Source: Promethearchaeati archaeon
Lineage (GTDB): Archaea; Asgardarchaeota; Heimdallarchaeia; Heimdallarchaeales; Heimdallarchaeaceae
Assembly (NCBI GenBank): GCA_013166775.1
Contig: JABLTJ010000030.1
Location: forward strand, 1 to 42,208
DNA length: 42,208 nt
Direction: 5' to 3'
In this document: one piece after another, positions 26,865 through 35,580 of the stretch
Numbering within the stretch: the stretch's first letter is position 1
How the letters are laid out: each line of letters starts with the position of its first letter
Notes under the pieces: generated by a model
What the model saw: only the letters and a program-made list of their open reading frames with translations
Database searches by the model: none
What the model was told of the DNA's origin: nothing
Position numbers and translations under genes: made by a program

Positions 26865-27428
26865 TTATCCTTCAACACTACTTTCCTGCATTTCTTCAGG
26901 AGCACAATTGGGGCACATGTAAAGACCTTTAACAAAAATTAATTCATCAGAGTATTCTTTACAATCATCACAATAACCAGCGAAATCCTCTTTTAACTCA
27001 GATTCTTGATCTTCACTCATAAATCTGAGATATTCTTGTTCCAGAAGAATCAGTTGTGGAACAACTTTGAAGATGTCAGTATCAGTACAAATTCCTTGGA
27101 GTTTTCCATCAGAACCAGTGACCACAAGATGTCGGATACCATCTTTAAACATGGATTGCATAGCTTGAATAATTGAGAGATTTGGGGATGCAGAAATTAG
27201 AGGTGATGACATAATCTTGCCAGCTATGACATTTTTAGGATCAGCGTCTTTTGCTAGTACGTGTCTAATTAGATTCTCCTTTGTAATTATTCCTACTGTT
27301 TTGCCTTTTTCGTCTAGCACAACTACTGAACCTATTTTATTCTCTATCATCAGTTTTGCACAGATGTCAGCAGAAGTTGTTTTTGTCACTGTTATTACAT
27401 TTTTTGTCATTATTTCTTTAACAGCCAT
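26865..27428 (-). CDS. CBS-domain pair protein with a C-terminal zinc ribbon
   Basis: VKEIMT...IGSVVV...GIITKENL; IMSSPLI...IRHLVV...GICTDTDI; GYCDDC...CPNC; ATG at 27428 preferred. Confidence 0.92.
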   Translation of the reverse strand: MAVKEIMTKNVITVTKTTSADICAKLMIENKIGSVVVLDEKGKTVGIITKENLIRHVLAKDADPKNVIAGKIMSSPLISASPNLSIIQAMQSMFKDGIRHLVVTGSDGKLQGICTDTDIFKVVPQLILLEQEYLRFMSEDQESELKEDFAGYCDDCKEYSDELIFVKGLYMCPNCAPEEMQESSVEG

Positions 27429-27544
27429 TTCGAATTTTCTTTCGTCAAAGATAGATTTCAAATCTTACACCTTTTATTGCGTATATGACAATAATTTCAC
27501 ATACATTTAAAGGTTTTACATTGGTTTTTAAACATCTTCTTAAT

Positions 27545-29560
27545 CTATTGGATGATTACAGAATCCCCTGGAATAAAGGGTAGAATATCATTTACGGTTA
27601 AATTCTCAATTTTGTATTTCTGTTCATCTGAGCTTCTTTTAAAAAAGATATTTAGAAGTTCTTTAGCTATTTTTCCTTTAGGTGTTTCTCCAGGTTTAAT
27701 TTGCATGAAAATATCTGTTCTATTCTCAACACTAGCAGCTGGTCCTCCAATTACTTGAGCGTTCTGCTCAAGAAACAAAATACCTATTGTATGATTAATT
27801 TCTATGCTTTTTAGGTAATTTTTTTCACCATAAATCATCACAGAACCTTTTGGTAAGTATTGCCCGGATGGGGGAGTCAAACTAACTTGATCAGGTAGAA
27901 CATAGTAAACATCACCAACTAGTTTCTTATCCTTCCATAAACTGGAGTAATTTAGAGCAAATGCTGCTACTTCTGCAAGACATTCTTCTGATATATTATC
28001 CTGACCATCTTTGACTACTACGAATGGTGCCCCATGAACATCTGCATGGAAAAAGAGATCATCATCATCAAGATAGGTCTTCAATATTCTTTCATTGGTT
28101 TTTAAATCAGTCCCCCCTATGATTATATGATCCCCACAAATGAACCAATGGAATTTTTCATACCACTTCTTGCTTCTTTTAATAGCTAAAGGTTTAGTTT
28201 CGACTTCTTTAACTATTACATCTTTCTTATCTTCGATATCTTTTATTTGCTTCTTACTTCTTTCAATTGCAGCTTTGGCTCCAGGTATTTTTCTTCTTGC
28301 TTTCTTGGATTTTTCATAGAAACTATTTGCACTATCAGCTACTGAAAGAGTAAAGTCAAGTTCAATCACTTCTTCAATGTTTTTTGTTTCATCTCTTAGT
28401 TTTATCCAAATCTGTTTGTTTTTTGCTTCTAGTTTTTCTAATATTCCAGCTGAAGGGATACCTTTCTTCTTACCTTCTGTAAGTTTCTCTTCAATTTCAC
28501 TCCAAGGTATATCAGCCTGTCTAGCATTTACAATTGTGGTTAAGAGCTCATCAACTAAAGCAAAATTTGCATATAGGAGATCTCCCTTTCTCTTCTCATC
28601 TTCTTCTTGTTTAATTAGATTAATTAAATGTGATTCTTGACTATCTAATGTTTTTTGAGATTTGGTTATTTTTCCAGTTACTTCACTTTTATCTTCGGTG
28701 TATTCAGGTTCTTCTTCTTGAGAAGAAAAGAATTCATCTAACGATTCATTAAAGGACTCAACTTCTTGTACCTCCAAATCATTGTATTTAGTAACAGGAA
28801 CTGGAGTTATATCCACAATTTCATCTTCATCTAAATATTGAACAAATTCATACTCTTGATTCTTTATGACTTGCTGTAGTTCCTGGATTTTTTCAAATAG
28901 ATGCTTTATTTCTTCTTGACTCAAATCTTCAATTTTCGTTGTTGTAATGTTTGCTTTTGAGACTATATCTTTTGAATATAAAGGACCAAGTCCTAATATA
29001 TTGTTTAAAACTGGAGTAATTTTCCCTTGAGAAGTTGTAAGTGTTTTGAAGAAAGTTTCTTCATCAAGAGTCAATATATTATCATCAGAGGAGGGAGGAA
29101 ATTTAAAAAGACGACCAGGATGAACATCTCTATCTTTCATCCTCCTATATCTATAAGCTAGAATTATCTTATTATTTGGTCCAACAAGTATAATGTTTCC
29201 TTCTCCAAACAACTCAAACACAAGCTTATAGAAACCATCTTTGTATGCTATTTCGAAAACAATCACTCTATCCATTTTTCGTTGATAGAATTTATTGACT
29301 GGAAGATCTCGGATATGTTTACGTAGAGATAGAATCTTATTATTTGGTGTAACTGGTTTCTTACGTAAGAATTTTGTAATATGAAATCTCTTCCCTAGAT
29401 CAAAAATGATTTCGAAAGGAGCTTCTGCTGACTTACGGAACCGTAATAGTACTAGATTATCACCAATTGAATAAATATTATTAACCCAACTATTGATCGT
29501 CTTTGGCCGTATCTCAGCGACCAACGCGGCTATATCAAGACTGGATAACGACGTTTTCAT
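27545..29560 (-). CDS. rqcH: Archaeal Rqc2/NEMF (RqcH, NFACT family) ribosome quality-control factor
   Basis: LRKHI...MDRVI...LVFELFGEGNIIL, coiled coil, WYEKFHWF, FFHADVHGAP, QVSLTPPSGQYLPKGSVMIYG; ATG at 29560 preferred. Confidence 0.95.
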   Translation of the reverse strand: MKTSLSSLDIAALVAEIRPKTINSWVNNIYSIGDNLVLLRFRKSAEAPFEIIFDLGKRFHITKFLRKKPVTPNNKILSLRKHIRDLPVNKFYQRKMDRVIVFEIAYKDGFYKLVFELFGEGNIILVGPNNKIILAYRYRRMKDRDVHPGRLFKFPPSSDDNILTLDEETFFKTLTTSQGKITPVLNNILGLGPLYSKDIVSKANITTTKIEDLSQEEIKHLFEKIQELQQVIKNQEYEFVQYLDEDEIVDITPVPVTKYNDLEVQEVESFNESLDEFFSSQEEEPEYTEDKSEVTGKITKSQKTLDSQESHLINLIKQEEDEKRKGDLLYANFALVDELLTTIVNARQADIPWSEIEEKLTEGKKKGIPSAGILEKLEAKNKQIWIKLRDETKNIEEVIELDFTLSVADSANSFYEKSKKARRKIPGAKAAIERSKKQIKDIEDKKDVIVKEVETKPLAIKRSKKWYEKFHWFICGDHIIIGGTDLKTNERILKTYLDDDDLFFHADVHGAPFVVVKDGQDNISEECLAEVAAFALNYSSLWKDKKLVGDVYYVLPDQVSLTPPSGQYLPKGSVMIYGEKNYLKSIEINHTIGILFLEQNAQVIGGPAASVENRTDIFMQIKPGETPKGKIAKELLNIFFKRSSDEQKYKIENLTVNDILPFIPGDSVIIQ

Positions 29561-29778
29561 TGAAATCTCACATGCAATGAAATGTAAATACACTTAAGGA
29601 TTACTAATACTGTCCTTGCTATTTGTACGAATTAAGTGAAATCAATTTACTTTACTTGCAGAATTGTTTAAGAACTTGAAAAAACTATAAACATAAAACT
29701 ATTAAAAGGGTAAAATTGCTTTAGCAACACTGACTAATTACAGAAGTTTGCTTATTCAAAATACAACGGTGAGTGAAT

Positions 29779-30141
29779 ATGAACATAGATATGAATAAAA
29801 TATTCAACAGAATTAAAGAGATTTTTAAACCAAAGAATATTGCGGAAAAAATCAGAAACATGCCAAGATTGGATCAAGTTTACTGGTCTAAAGTAGTTGC
29901 AGCAATTTTAATAGGTATAATTTTTGGAGTAAGCAATTTTTCAAACTGGCCGGCAGTTCTTGTAATGTTTGCAATTTATGTACTGATATCCGGAGGTTGG
30001 TGGTTAGCCGTAAGGAAAACTGAACCAGGGATTAAGGTTCGTTCATATTTCTTGAAAGGATTAATGCAATATTTGATTACAGCAATCGCTTTGTGGACAT
30101 TAATACTGAACATGATGTATATTCCACCTGCAGACTTCTGA
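29779..30141 (+). CDS. EMC6/Rab5ip(OPTI)-like three-TM protein
   Basis: YWSKVVAAILIGIIFG...W...YVL...YF..GL..Y...LWTLILN parallels the EMC6 pattern; SD GGTGA at 29768-72 favours the ATG at 29779. Confidence 0.7.
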   Translation: MNIDMNKIFNRIKEIFKPKNIAEKIRNMPRLDQVYWSKVVAAILIGIIFGVSNFSNWPAVLVMFAIYVLISGGWWLAVRKTEPGIKVRSYFLKGLMQYLITAIALWTLILNMMYIPPADF

Positions 30142-30193
30142 AGAATAAATCTTTATTTCTTCTTAATAAAATAGAAAATTGCAGAGGATGTTT

Positions 30194-30502
30194 ATGAGTT
30201 CCAAAAATCAAAAAAAACCAAAAAAGGAAGAGGAAGTAGAAACCAAGCTTCCAATAGCTCAACGCAAATATTTCAATCTTATTTATAGCATTGTTGTTTT
30301 TGTTTTATTTGGAGTAGGTGTGATTCTAATAGCTCTATCATACAGTATTTTGCAAGAAGGATATACTATATTCATTGCATTTGGAGTTCTAGGTCTAGCA
30401 ATAATACTCTTTACTATGCGATCTTCTTTCCGACATTCTGCTCCACAACCTTCTGAGGAAAAAGAAGAGAAGGATGAAGGTCTCAAGATGAGAAATAGAT
30501 AA
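30194..30502 (+). CDS. Small two-TM membrane protein with charged termini
   Basis: Two hydrophobic helices (LIYSIVVFVLFGVGVILIALSY; YTIFIAFGVLGLAIILFTM); ATG at 30188 or 30194. Confidence 0.7.
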   Translation: MSSKNQKKPKKEEEVETKLPIAQRKYFNLIYSIVVFVLFGVGVILIALSYSILQEGYTIFIAFGVLGLAIILFTMRSSFRHSAPQPSEEKEEKDEGLKMRNR

Positions 30503-30604
30503 TCTAAGTTTTGTTTCACAACATTTTACACAAAGTTTATCTTTTGTAATACGTTAGGGATACTAACAATAAAATATCCCGACACAAATCCTAAAGTGAA
30601 GAAA

Positions 30605-30967
30605 ATGGAAAATTTCACCTTTCAAGAAAAAGTTGGAAAGTTTTTAAAACGTTATGGAAATGTGAAAAAACTAGGCTTAGGTCGTTTTGAGGAGCACAAT
30701 AGAATATTACCATTTATTGTGGAAAATGAAGATCAAAAATTCGCTGTATTTGCGTTTCACTGGAAAAAGAGCATAGGAACTAATACAATCATTAGAACTG
30801 AACATCGAATTAGTGAAATGAACTGTGATGGTGCTATCATAATAGGCAACAGATTTTCACAAAATTCCTACGATATGGTAAGTGATGCCAATAAAAAAGG
30901 TCGAAAAAGCATAATTCTTATTAAAACAACCGAATTGGATGAAATTCTAGGTATTGACAGCGCATAA
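30605..30967 (+). CDS. Stand-alone Mrr/restriction-endonuclease-like (PD-(D/E)xK fold) protein with a degenerate active site
   Basis: WKKSIGTNTI...CDGAIIIGNRFSQNSYD...IILIKTTELDEIL matches the C-terminal half of Mrr_cat; catalytic D and (Q/E)xK positions absent. Confidence 0.6.
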   Translation: MENFTFQEKVGKFLKRYGNVKKLGLGRFEEHNRILPFIVENEDQKFAVFAFHWKKSIGTNTIIRTEHRISEMNCDGAIIIGNRFSQNSYDMVSDANKKGRKSIILIKTTELDEILGIDSA

Positions 30968-31154
30968 TTTTAACGAAAATTTAATTGAATAAACAACAAC
31001 ACGCAATAATAAATCATATTTTTGTTTATTTAAATTTTTTTTACACCTATCTAAGATTTATTTGGTCACACATTTATTTAATTTATTCGAAATTTGTATA
31101 ACAAAAGACGACAGAAACTTTAAAATAGTTATCGCGCTAAAAATATTAGACACA

Positions 31155-31823
31155 ATGATTTCTTTGATTCGTGAACCTCTATCCAAAGTTGTAAGACCAA
31201 TCGTAATTTTCTTTGCAAAACTTGGAATTCACCCAACAGCATTTACCGTAATGGGACTTCTATTATCAATCTCAGCTGGTGTCCTTCTAGGTTTAGATTT
31301 TTTTCTTGAAGGATTTATTGTAATTTGGCTCGCAGGCGCTATGGATTTTCTTGATGGTGGTGTTGCAAGATATCGTGGATTAGATTCAGAGAAAGGTTCG
31401 TTTCTGGATAGTATCTTTGATCGTCTCAGTGATCTAGCAGTATTCGTTGGGATTATCTGGAGTGATCCTGTTGACGGGGTTACAGGAATGATTATGGTAG
31501 GATCTGCTTTGATGATAAGTTATATTAGAGCTAAAGGCGAAAGTGTTGGAGTAAAAAAAATGGCAGTAGGATTAATGGAAAGAGCAGAAAGATGGTTAGG
31601 ATTAATGATTTTGCTCTTTGTTTCTCTGATGGTTCCAAATCAGGCATTTATCAATCCTATCTATACTATCCAGGGAATTGAAGGGTTTGAAGGCATATCT
31701 TATTTCTCAATTGGATATATGATTTTAACTGGATTATGCGTCATTACAGTTATACAACGATTCATCTATGTCTCAATACAATTAACAAAAGAAGAGGCAG
31801 TAAAAGACAGTCAGAAAATATAA
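31155..31823 (+). CDS. pgsA: CDP-alcohol phosphatidyltransferase (archaetidylinositol-phosphate synthase/PgsA-like)
   Basis: DFLDGGVARYRG..SEKGSFLDSIFDRLSD signature; SYIRAKGES; GLMERAER; ATG at 31155 preferred. Confidence 0.93.
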   Translation: MISLIREPLSKVVRPIVIFFAKLGIHPTAFTVMGLLLSISAGVLLGLDFFLEGFIVIWLAGAMDFLDGGVARYRGLDSEKGSFLDSIFDRLSDLAVFVGIIWSDPVDGVTGMIMVGSALMISYIRAKGESVGVKKMAVGLMERAERWLGLMILLFVSLMVPNQAFINPIYTIQGIEGFEGISYFSIGYMILTGLCVITVIQRFIYVSIQLTKEEAVKDSQKI

Positions 31824-31965
31824 CTGAAAAAAACTAACCAGTCTGTATAAAGAATTCTACTTAAATAGCTTATTTTGTTACAAAAACCCTTTAAAACAGA
31901 GAAATAGCCCGAAGGGGAAACGTTTTAAACCCATTCATCATGTGAACTTCAGATATGGTGATTTT

Positions 31966-32289
31966 GTGTCCAATAGCAATTATTCAAACAAAAGGACAAA
32001 AAAGAACATCAACGATTTGAAAGGAGAAATCCAAAAAGAATCAATAAAAGATTTCTCCCAAACACAAGATATCGTTAAAGCACTTTCTGCTGAAATAGGA
32101 TCGTTGGTTGAACAATTTCTTGATTCTATCTACAATGTTGAGATAGCAGATAAGTTTGCAGATTCAATTATTCTTATCTACAACAAACTCAAAAAAGAAG
32201 GGATAACAAAGAAAACAGCTGAGAAAATCCTCTGTGAGTATTCAGCTAACGTTGATAAGTTCGCTTCCATGTTGAAGAAAAAAGAGTAA
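31966..32289 (+). CDS. Small helical hypothetical protein
   Basis: SD GGTGA precedes the GTG at 31966; ends with YNKLKKEGITKKTAEKILCEY. Confidence 0.7.
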   Translation: MSNSNYSNKRTKKNINDLKGEIQKESIKDFSQTQDIVKALSAEIGSLVEQFLDSIYNVEIADKFADSIILIYNKLKKEGITKKTAEKILCEYSANVDKFASMLKKKE

Positions 32290-32346
32290 AGTAGTATAGA
32301 TACAATGATACATTCATTAAGTTTAAACTAAAGTAAAGGTGTAGCA

Positions 32347-32649
32347 ATGGGGATATTCTCAATATTCAATCCCATAGCAACGATTGTTTATGGTTTGATT
32401 ATAAGGATAAAATTCAGCTGGTTTTCAAGAAAGAAGAGAAAGAAGAAGAAAACTACTCGACTCTTTCTTGAAAAAAAACTATATGGGAAGGGATTAGAGG
32501 ACAAAATTGTAGAGCGAATTATTGATAATTATCTTAGGTTCGGAGAAACGATTTTTAACAGACAAATTATCCATGCAGCATTTAGTTTAAACAGGACTCT
32601 AGATCCTAAAAAGGCTCAACAAAAGAATAATAGAAGAATCTTGCAATAG
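32347..32649 (+). CDS. Small basic hypothetical protein with an N-terminal hydrophobic segment
   Basis: SD AGGTG; KKLYGKGLEDKIVERIIDNY resembles the motif in the upstream gene. Confidence 0.65.
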   Translation: MGIFSIFNPIATIVYGLIIRIKFSWFSRKKRKKKKTTRLFLEKKLYGKGLEDKIVERIIDNYLRFGETIFNRQIIHAAFSLNRTLDPKKAQQKNNRRILQ

Positions 32650-32724
32650 AGTGTTTGGTGCTGTAGATTCGTCCTTTTCGCAAACTTTATTTTATATTGG
32701 AATATACCGCCCTTGGGTTATTCT

Positions 32725-33411
32725 ATGTCAAAACCAAGAAAACATAAGGGAGAGACAATCTATAATTATCTTCCAGAATATTTACCTTCTATAAATACTG
32801 TGAATCCAATTTTTGTGAAACTACCTTCTGATAGAAAAGATACCAGATTGAAAGATGTTGAAAGAGAAATAATACAATATTGGGAAATTATTCATCCTCT
32901 TGTTAGAGAATATGTTGTAATGCTAACAAAATATGTAAATGACTTAGGTGAGGGAACAGAGGAAGTTGATCATCTCAAAAGATCTTTAGAGTTGGAGATT
33001 AATAATTCAGCAGAATTATCAGATGAGAATCGCAAATTGAAAGCCCATATTTCAGATTTGGTCATTGATAAAAAGGGATTAGATGAAAAAATACAAGATA
33101 TGATTAAGGCAAGACCTTCGATTACTCAAGAGGAAGTTAGAGCTTTGAAAATGTTGACTTCATCGCAATATGATGTCTCATCAAACGATCTTGAAAACTT
33201 GTTGAAACAAGCTGTTCAAGAAGTTAAAGAGAGTGAAGAAATTAAGAAGGCGAGAGAAGAGAGAGACAAGATGCAAAAAGAGCTTGAGGAAGCAAAAAAT
33301 AACTTCGAGAAGATACAAGAAGAAGTTGGAGAAACATTTCAGAAAAAATTGCTAGCAAGTCAAGCCAGAATTGATGAATTAGAAGAGGAACTAGAAAAGC
33401 TACGAAACTGA
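32725..33411 (+). CDS. Coiled-coil protein, probably co-transcribed with the Rab-like GTPase
   Basis: Long heptad E/K/L-rich segments; 3-nt gap to the next gene. Confidence 0.8.
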   Translation: MSKPRKHKGETIYNYLPEYLPSINTVNPIFVKLPSDRKDTRLKDVEREIIQYWEIIHPLVREYVVMLTKYVNDLGEGTEEVDHLKRSLELEINNSAELSDENRKLKAHISDLVIDKKGLDEKIQDMIKARPSITQEEVRALKMLTSSQYDVSSNDLENLLKQAVQEVKESEEIKKAREERDKMQKELEEAKNNFEKIQEEVGETFQKKLLASQARIDELEEELEKLRN

Positions 33412-33414
33412 TAC

Positions 33415-34155
33415 ATGGTGAGAAAATTGAGCAAATGGAATTTTAAGGTTGTATTAGCTGGCGATGGTGCTGTTGGGAAGACTTCAATTCGTGAGAGATA
33501 TATGGGTAAAGGATTCTCTTCAGATTATCTCAAAACGATTGGAGCAGACTTTGCTAGTAAAAAAGTAACTGTTGAGGATAACCAAATATCCTTCCAAATC
33601 TGGGATTTAGCAGGACAAGATAGTTATCAAGCTGTGCGAGGAACATTCTATAAAGGAGCAATTGCAGCACTTATGGTTTTTGATGTTCAAGATTCAACTA
33701 CTCTGACGAATGTGAAGAATTGGGTAGAAGAAGCAATTAAAGGTTCAAATAACAGTATTTTGACTTATTTTATTATTGCAAACAAAGTTGATCTAGTTGA
33801 TAAAAGAAGAGTTTCAAGAGAAATGGCTTTAGATTTCTGCTCTCGTATAGATGCTGAAACAGGAATTAGATTCTATTATTGTGAGACTAGTGCACTTTCT
33901 GGACAAAATATACAAGAAACATTCGATTTTCTCGCAATAAAACTCTTAGAAGCAAATAATATGAAAATCCTCAAAAAACCTCCTTCAGTTGAAGGAATCA
34001 TAGATACTAAAGAGCTGAAGCAAGAGATATTACCTTCCAATGATGAGTATGCTTCTAAAAAGGAGATTGAGAATTTAGAAAACAGAATCAATAAACTTGA
34101 GAAGAAACTAGACACTATGCAAGCTATATTAACTAAAATAATTGAAAGAATATAG
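33415..34155 (+). CDS. Rab-like small GTPase with a C-terminal coiled coil
   Basis: GDGAVGKT, YLKTIGADF, FQIWDLAGQ, FYKGA, MVFDV, NKVD, ETSA; tail KEIENLENRINKLEKKLDTMQAIL; no C-terminal Cys. Confidence 0.93.
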   Translation: MVRKLSKWNFKVVLAGDGAVGKTSIRERYMGKGFSSDYLKTIGADFASKKVTVEDNQISFQIWDLAGQDSYQAVRGTFYKGAIAALMVFDVQDSTTLTNVKNWVEEAIKGSNNSILTYFIIANKVDLVDKRRVSREMALDFCSRIDAETGIRFYYCETSALSGQNIQETFDFLAIKLLEANNMKILKKPPSVEGIIDTKELKQEILPSNDEYASKKEIENLENRINKLEKKLDTMQAILTKIIERI

Positions 34156-34161
34156 TAAAGA

Positions 34162-35421
34162 TTATTTAGTAACCTTTGTTCCACAATCAGTACAAAATTC
34201 CGCTTCATCAATTAATATTGTTGAGCAGGTTGGGCACAATTCTTCTCTTTCAGGATGATTACTAAAAAGATCTTCATTATTTTCGTTATTATTGCTAATT
34301 GTTTTAGGATTCAATTGATTTTTTATCCACAAGACATCTGGAGGTTCAATATATTCCAGTATGAGCTTCTCATAGTAAGCAAAAGAACAAACATCACTTA
34401 AGGAAACGAAAGCTAAATTCAGAGTTAGAAGTATTGCCATGAAAACGAATAGAACAATACTCCAAGTAGAAATTGTAGGGATGAAATCGGGTGAGAAAAT
34501 ACCTGAAAATGCTTCAATAATAAAGCTTAAACTTGCTATAATGAAAACAGATGGTAATAGAAATGTGAAACCAATTAATTCGAGACTCCTTTTTAGGCTT
34601 AGCTTTGGGAATTGACTGGCATCATGCAGATTTTGTATCACACTTGAATCTCTTAAAGAACTTAGAATCTTCGAGATTCTTAAGGGGGGAGATACTATGG
34701 ATATCATTACTACTAAAATAATTGAAAGAGCATATATTGCAGTTGTTGGGTTGATAACTGAAGACATGCTTTTGATTACGCCATAACATGCAGCAACAAT
34801 TAATCCTATAGTAACAAGATGAATACCTTGGAGAGGTAAATATGAGAGAAAACTCTTCCTATTTATCTTAATCCCTATTTCTTTCTTCTTTTCAAGAATA
34901 ACAGCAGTTTTCTGATTTAATGCATAAGTTGTAAAAGAAGAAAAGATTAGAGAGACTAGTAAAATAGAACGAACCGTCCATAATGATGAAACCAAATTAA
35001 AAACCATTGTTCCTATCAAACCGACTTGTACAAGAAGAAGAATAGCTGATACAAAGCTTAATGATCCTATAATAAGCATATCAATGATAGTTAGCTTCTT
35101 GACAATATCATAATCTACTCTTAATGGTTTATGATTATCGCTGTAGTTAATCTGTCCTTTCATTTGCAGAGGTATAATCGAATCTGTTAGCTTCCAAGCA
35201 TATTGAGAATCTCCTGTAAAATCCTCGTTTTTTGCAGTACTTGTTTCAACAGGTTCATCTCTAAACACTGGTTTATGTGAAGGGCTTTGAAATGTGTGAT
35301 AAGCAGGAGATGCTGGGGTTTCAGGATTCTCAGAGACTTGTGTCTGAAGCTCAGTACCACACACGGGACAGAATATCACTTTAGGAGGTAATATCGAATA
35401 ACAAATAGGACACTTCTTCAT
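34162..35421 (-). CDS. Multi-pass membrane protein with double zinc ribbons at both termini
   Basis: N-terminal CPIC...FCPVCG, C-terminal CPTC...FCTDCG, about 6 TM segments; ATG at 35421 preferred. Confidence 0.85.
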   Translation of the reverse strand: MKKCPICYSILPPKVIFCPVCGTELQTQVSENPETPASPAYHTFQSPSHKPVFRDEPVETSTAKNEDFTGDSQYAWKLTDSIIPLQMKGQINYSDNHKPLRVDYDIVKKLTIIDMLIIGSLSFVSAILLLVQVGLIGTMVFNLVSSLWTVRSILLVSLIFSSFTTYALNQKTAVILEKKKEIGIKINRKSFLSYLPLQGIHLVTIGLIVAACYGVIKSMSSVINPTTAIYALSIILVVMISIVSPPLRISKILSSLRDSSVIQNLHDASQFPKLSLKRSLELIGFTFLLPSVFIIASLSFIIEAFSGIFSPDFIPTISTWSIVLFVFMAILLTLNLAFVSLSDVCSFAYYEKLILEYIEPPDVLWIKNQLNPKTISNNNENNEDLFSNHPEREELCPTCSTILIDEAEFCTDCGTKVTK

Positions 35422-35580
35422 AGAAATGTTACTCACCCAGTTTATCTTTAATTTATTATTTATAGTGTTCAGCAATACCTACATATTATGAGAGGGATAA
35501 TCTATTCGATAGAAATTGCAAAATCCCCATTTCGAGCACTTTAAATAATTCTTTGTTGGAATCTAATTTGGTTACTATAA

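Noticed and set aside
31890-31929. TTTAAAAC...CCCGAAGGGG...GTTTTAAA hairpin as a SECIS element or ribozyme
   Set aside because: Weak AT-rich stem coinciding with a likely TATA box; no in-frame UGA selenoprotein candidate nearby and no hammerhead core
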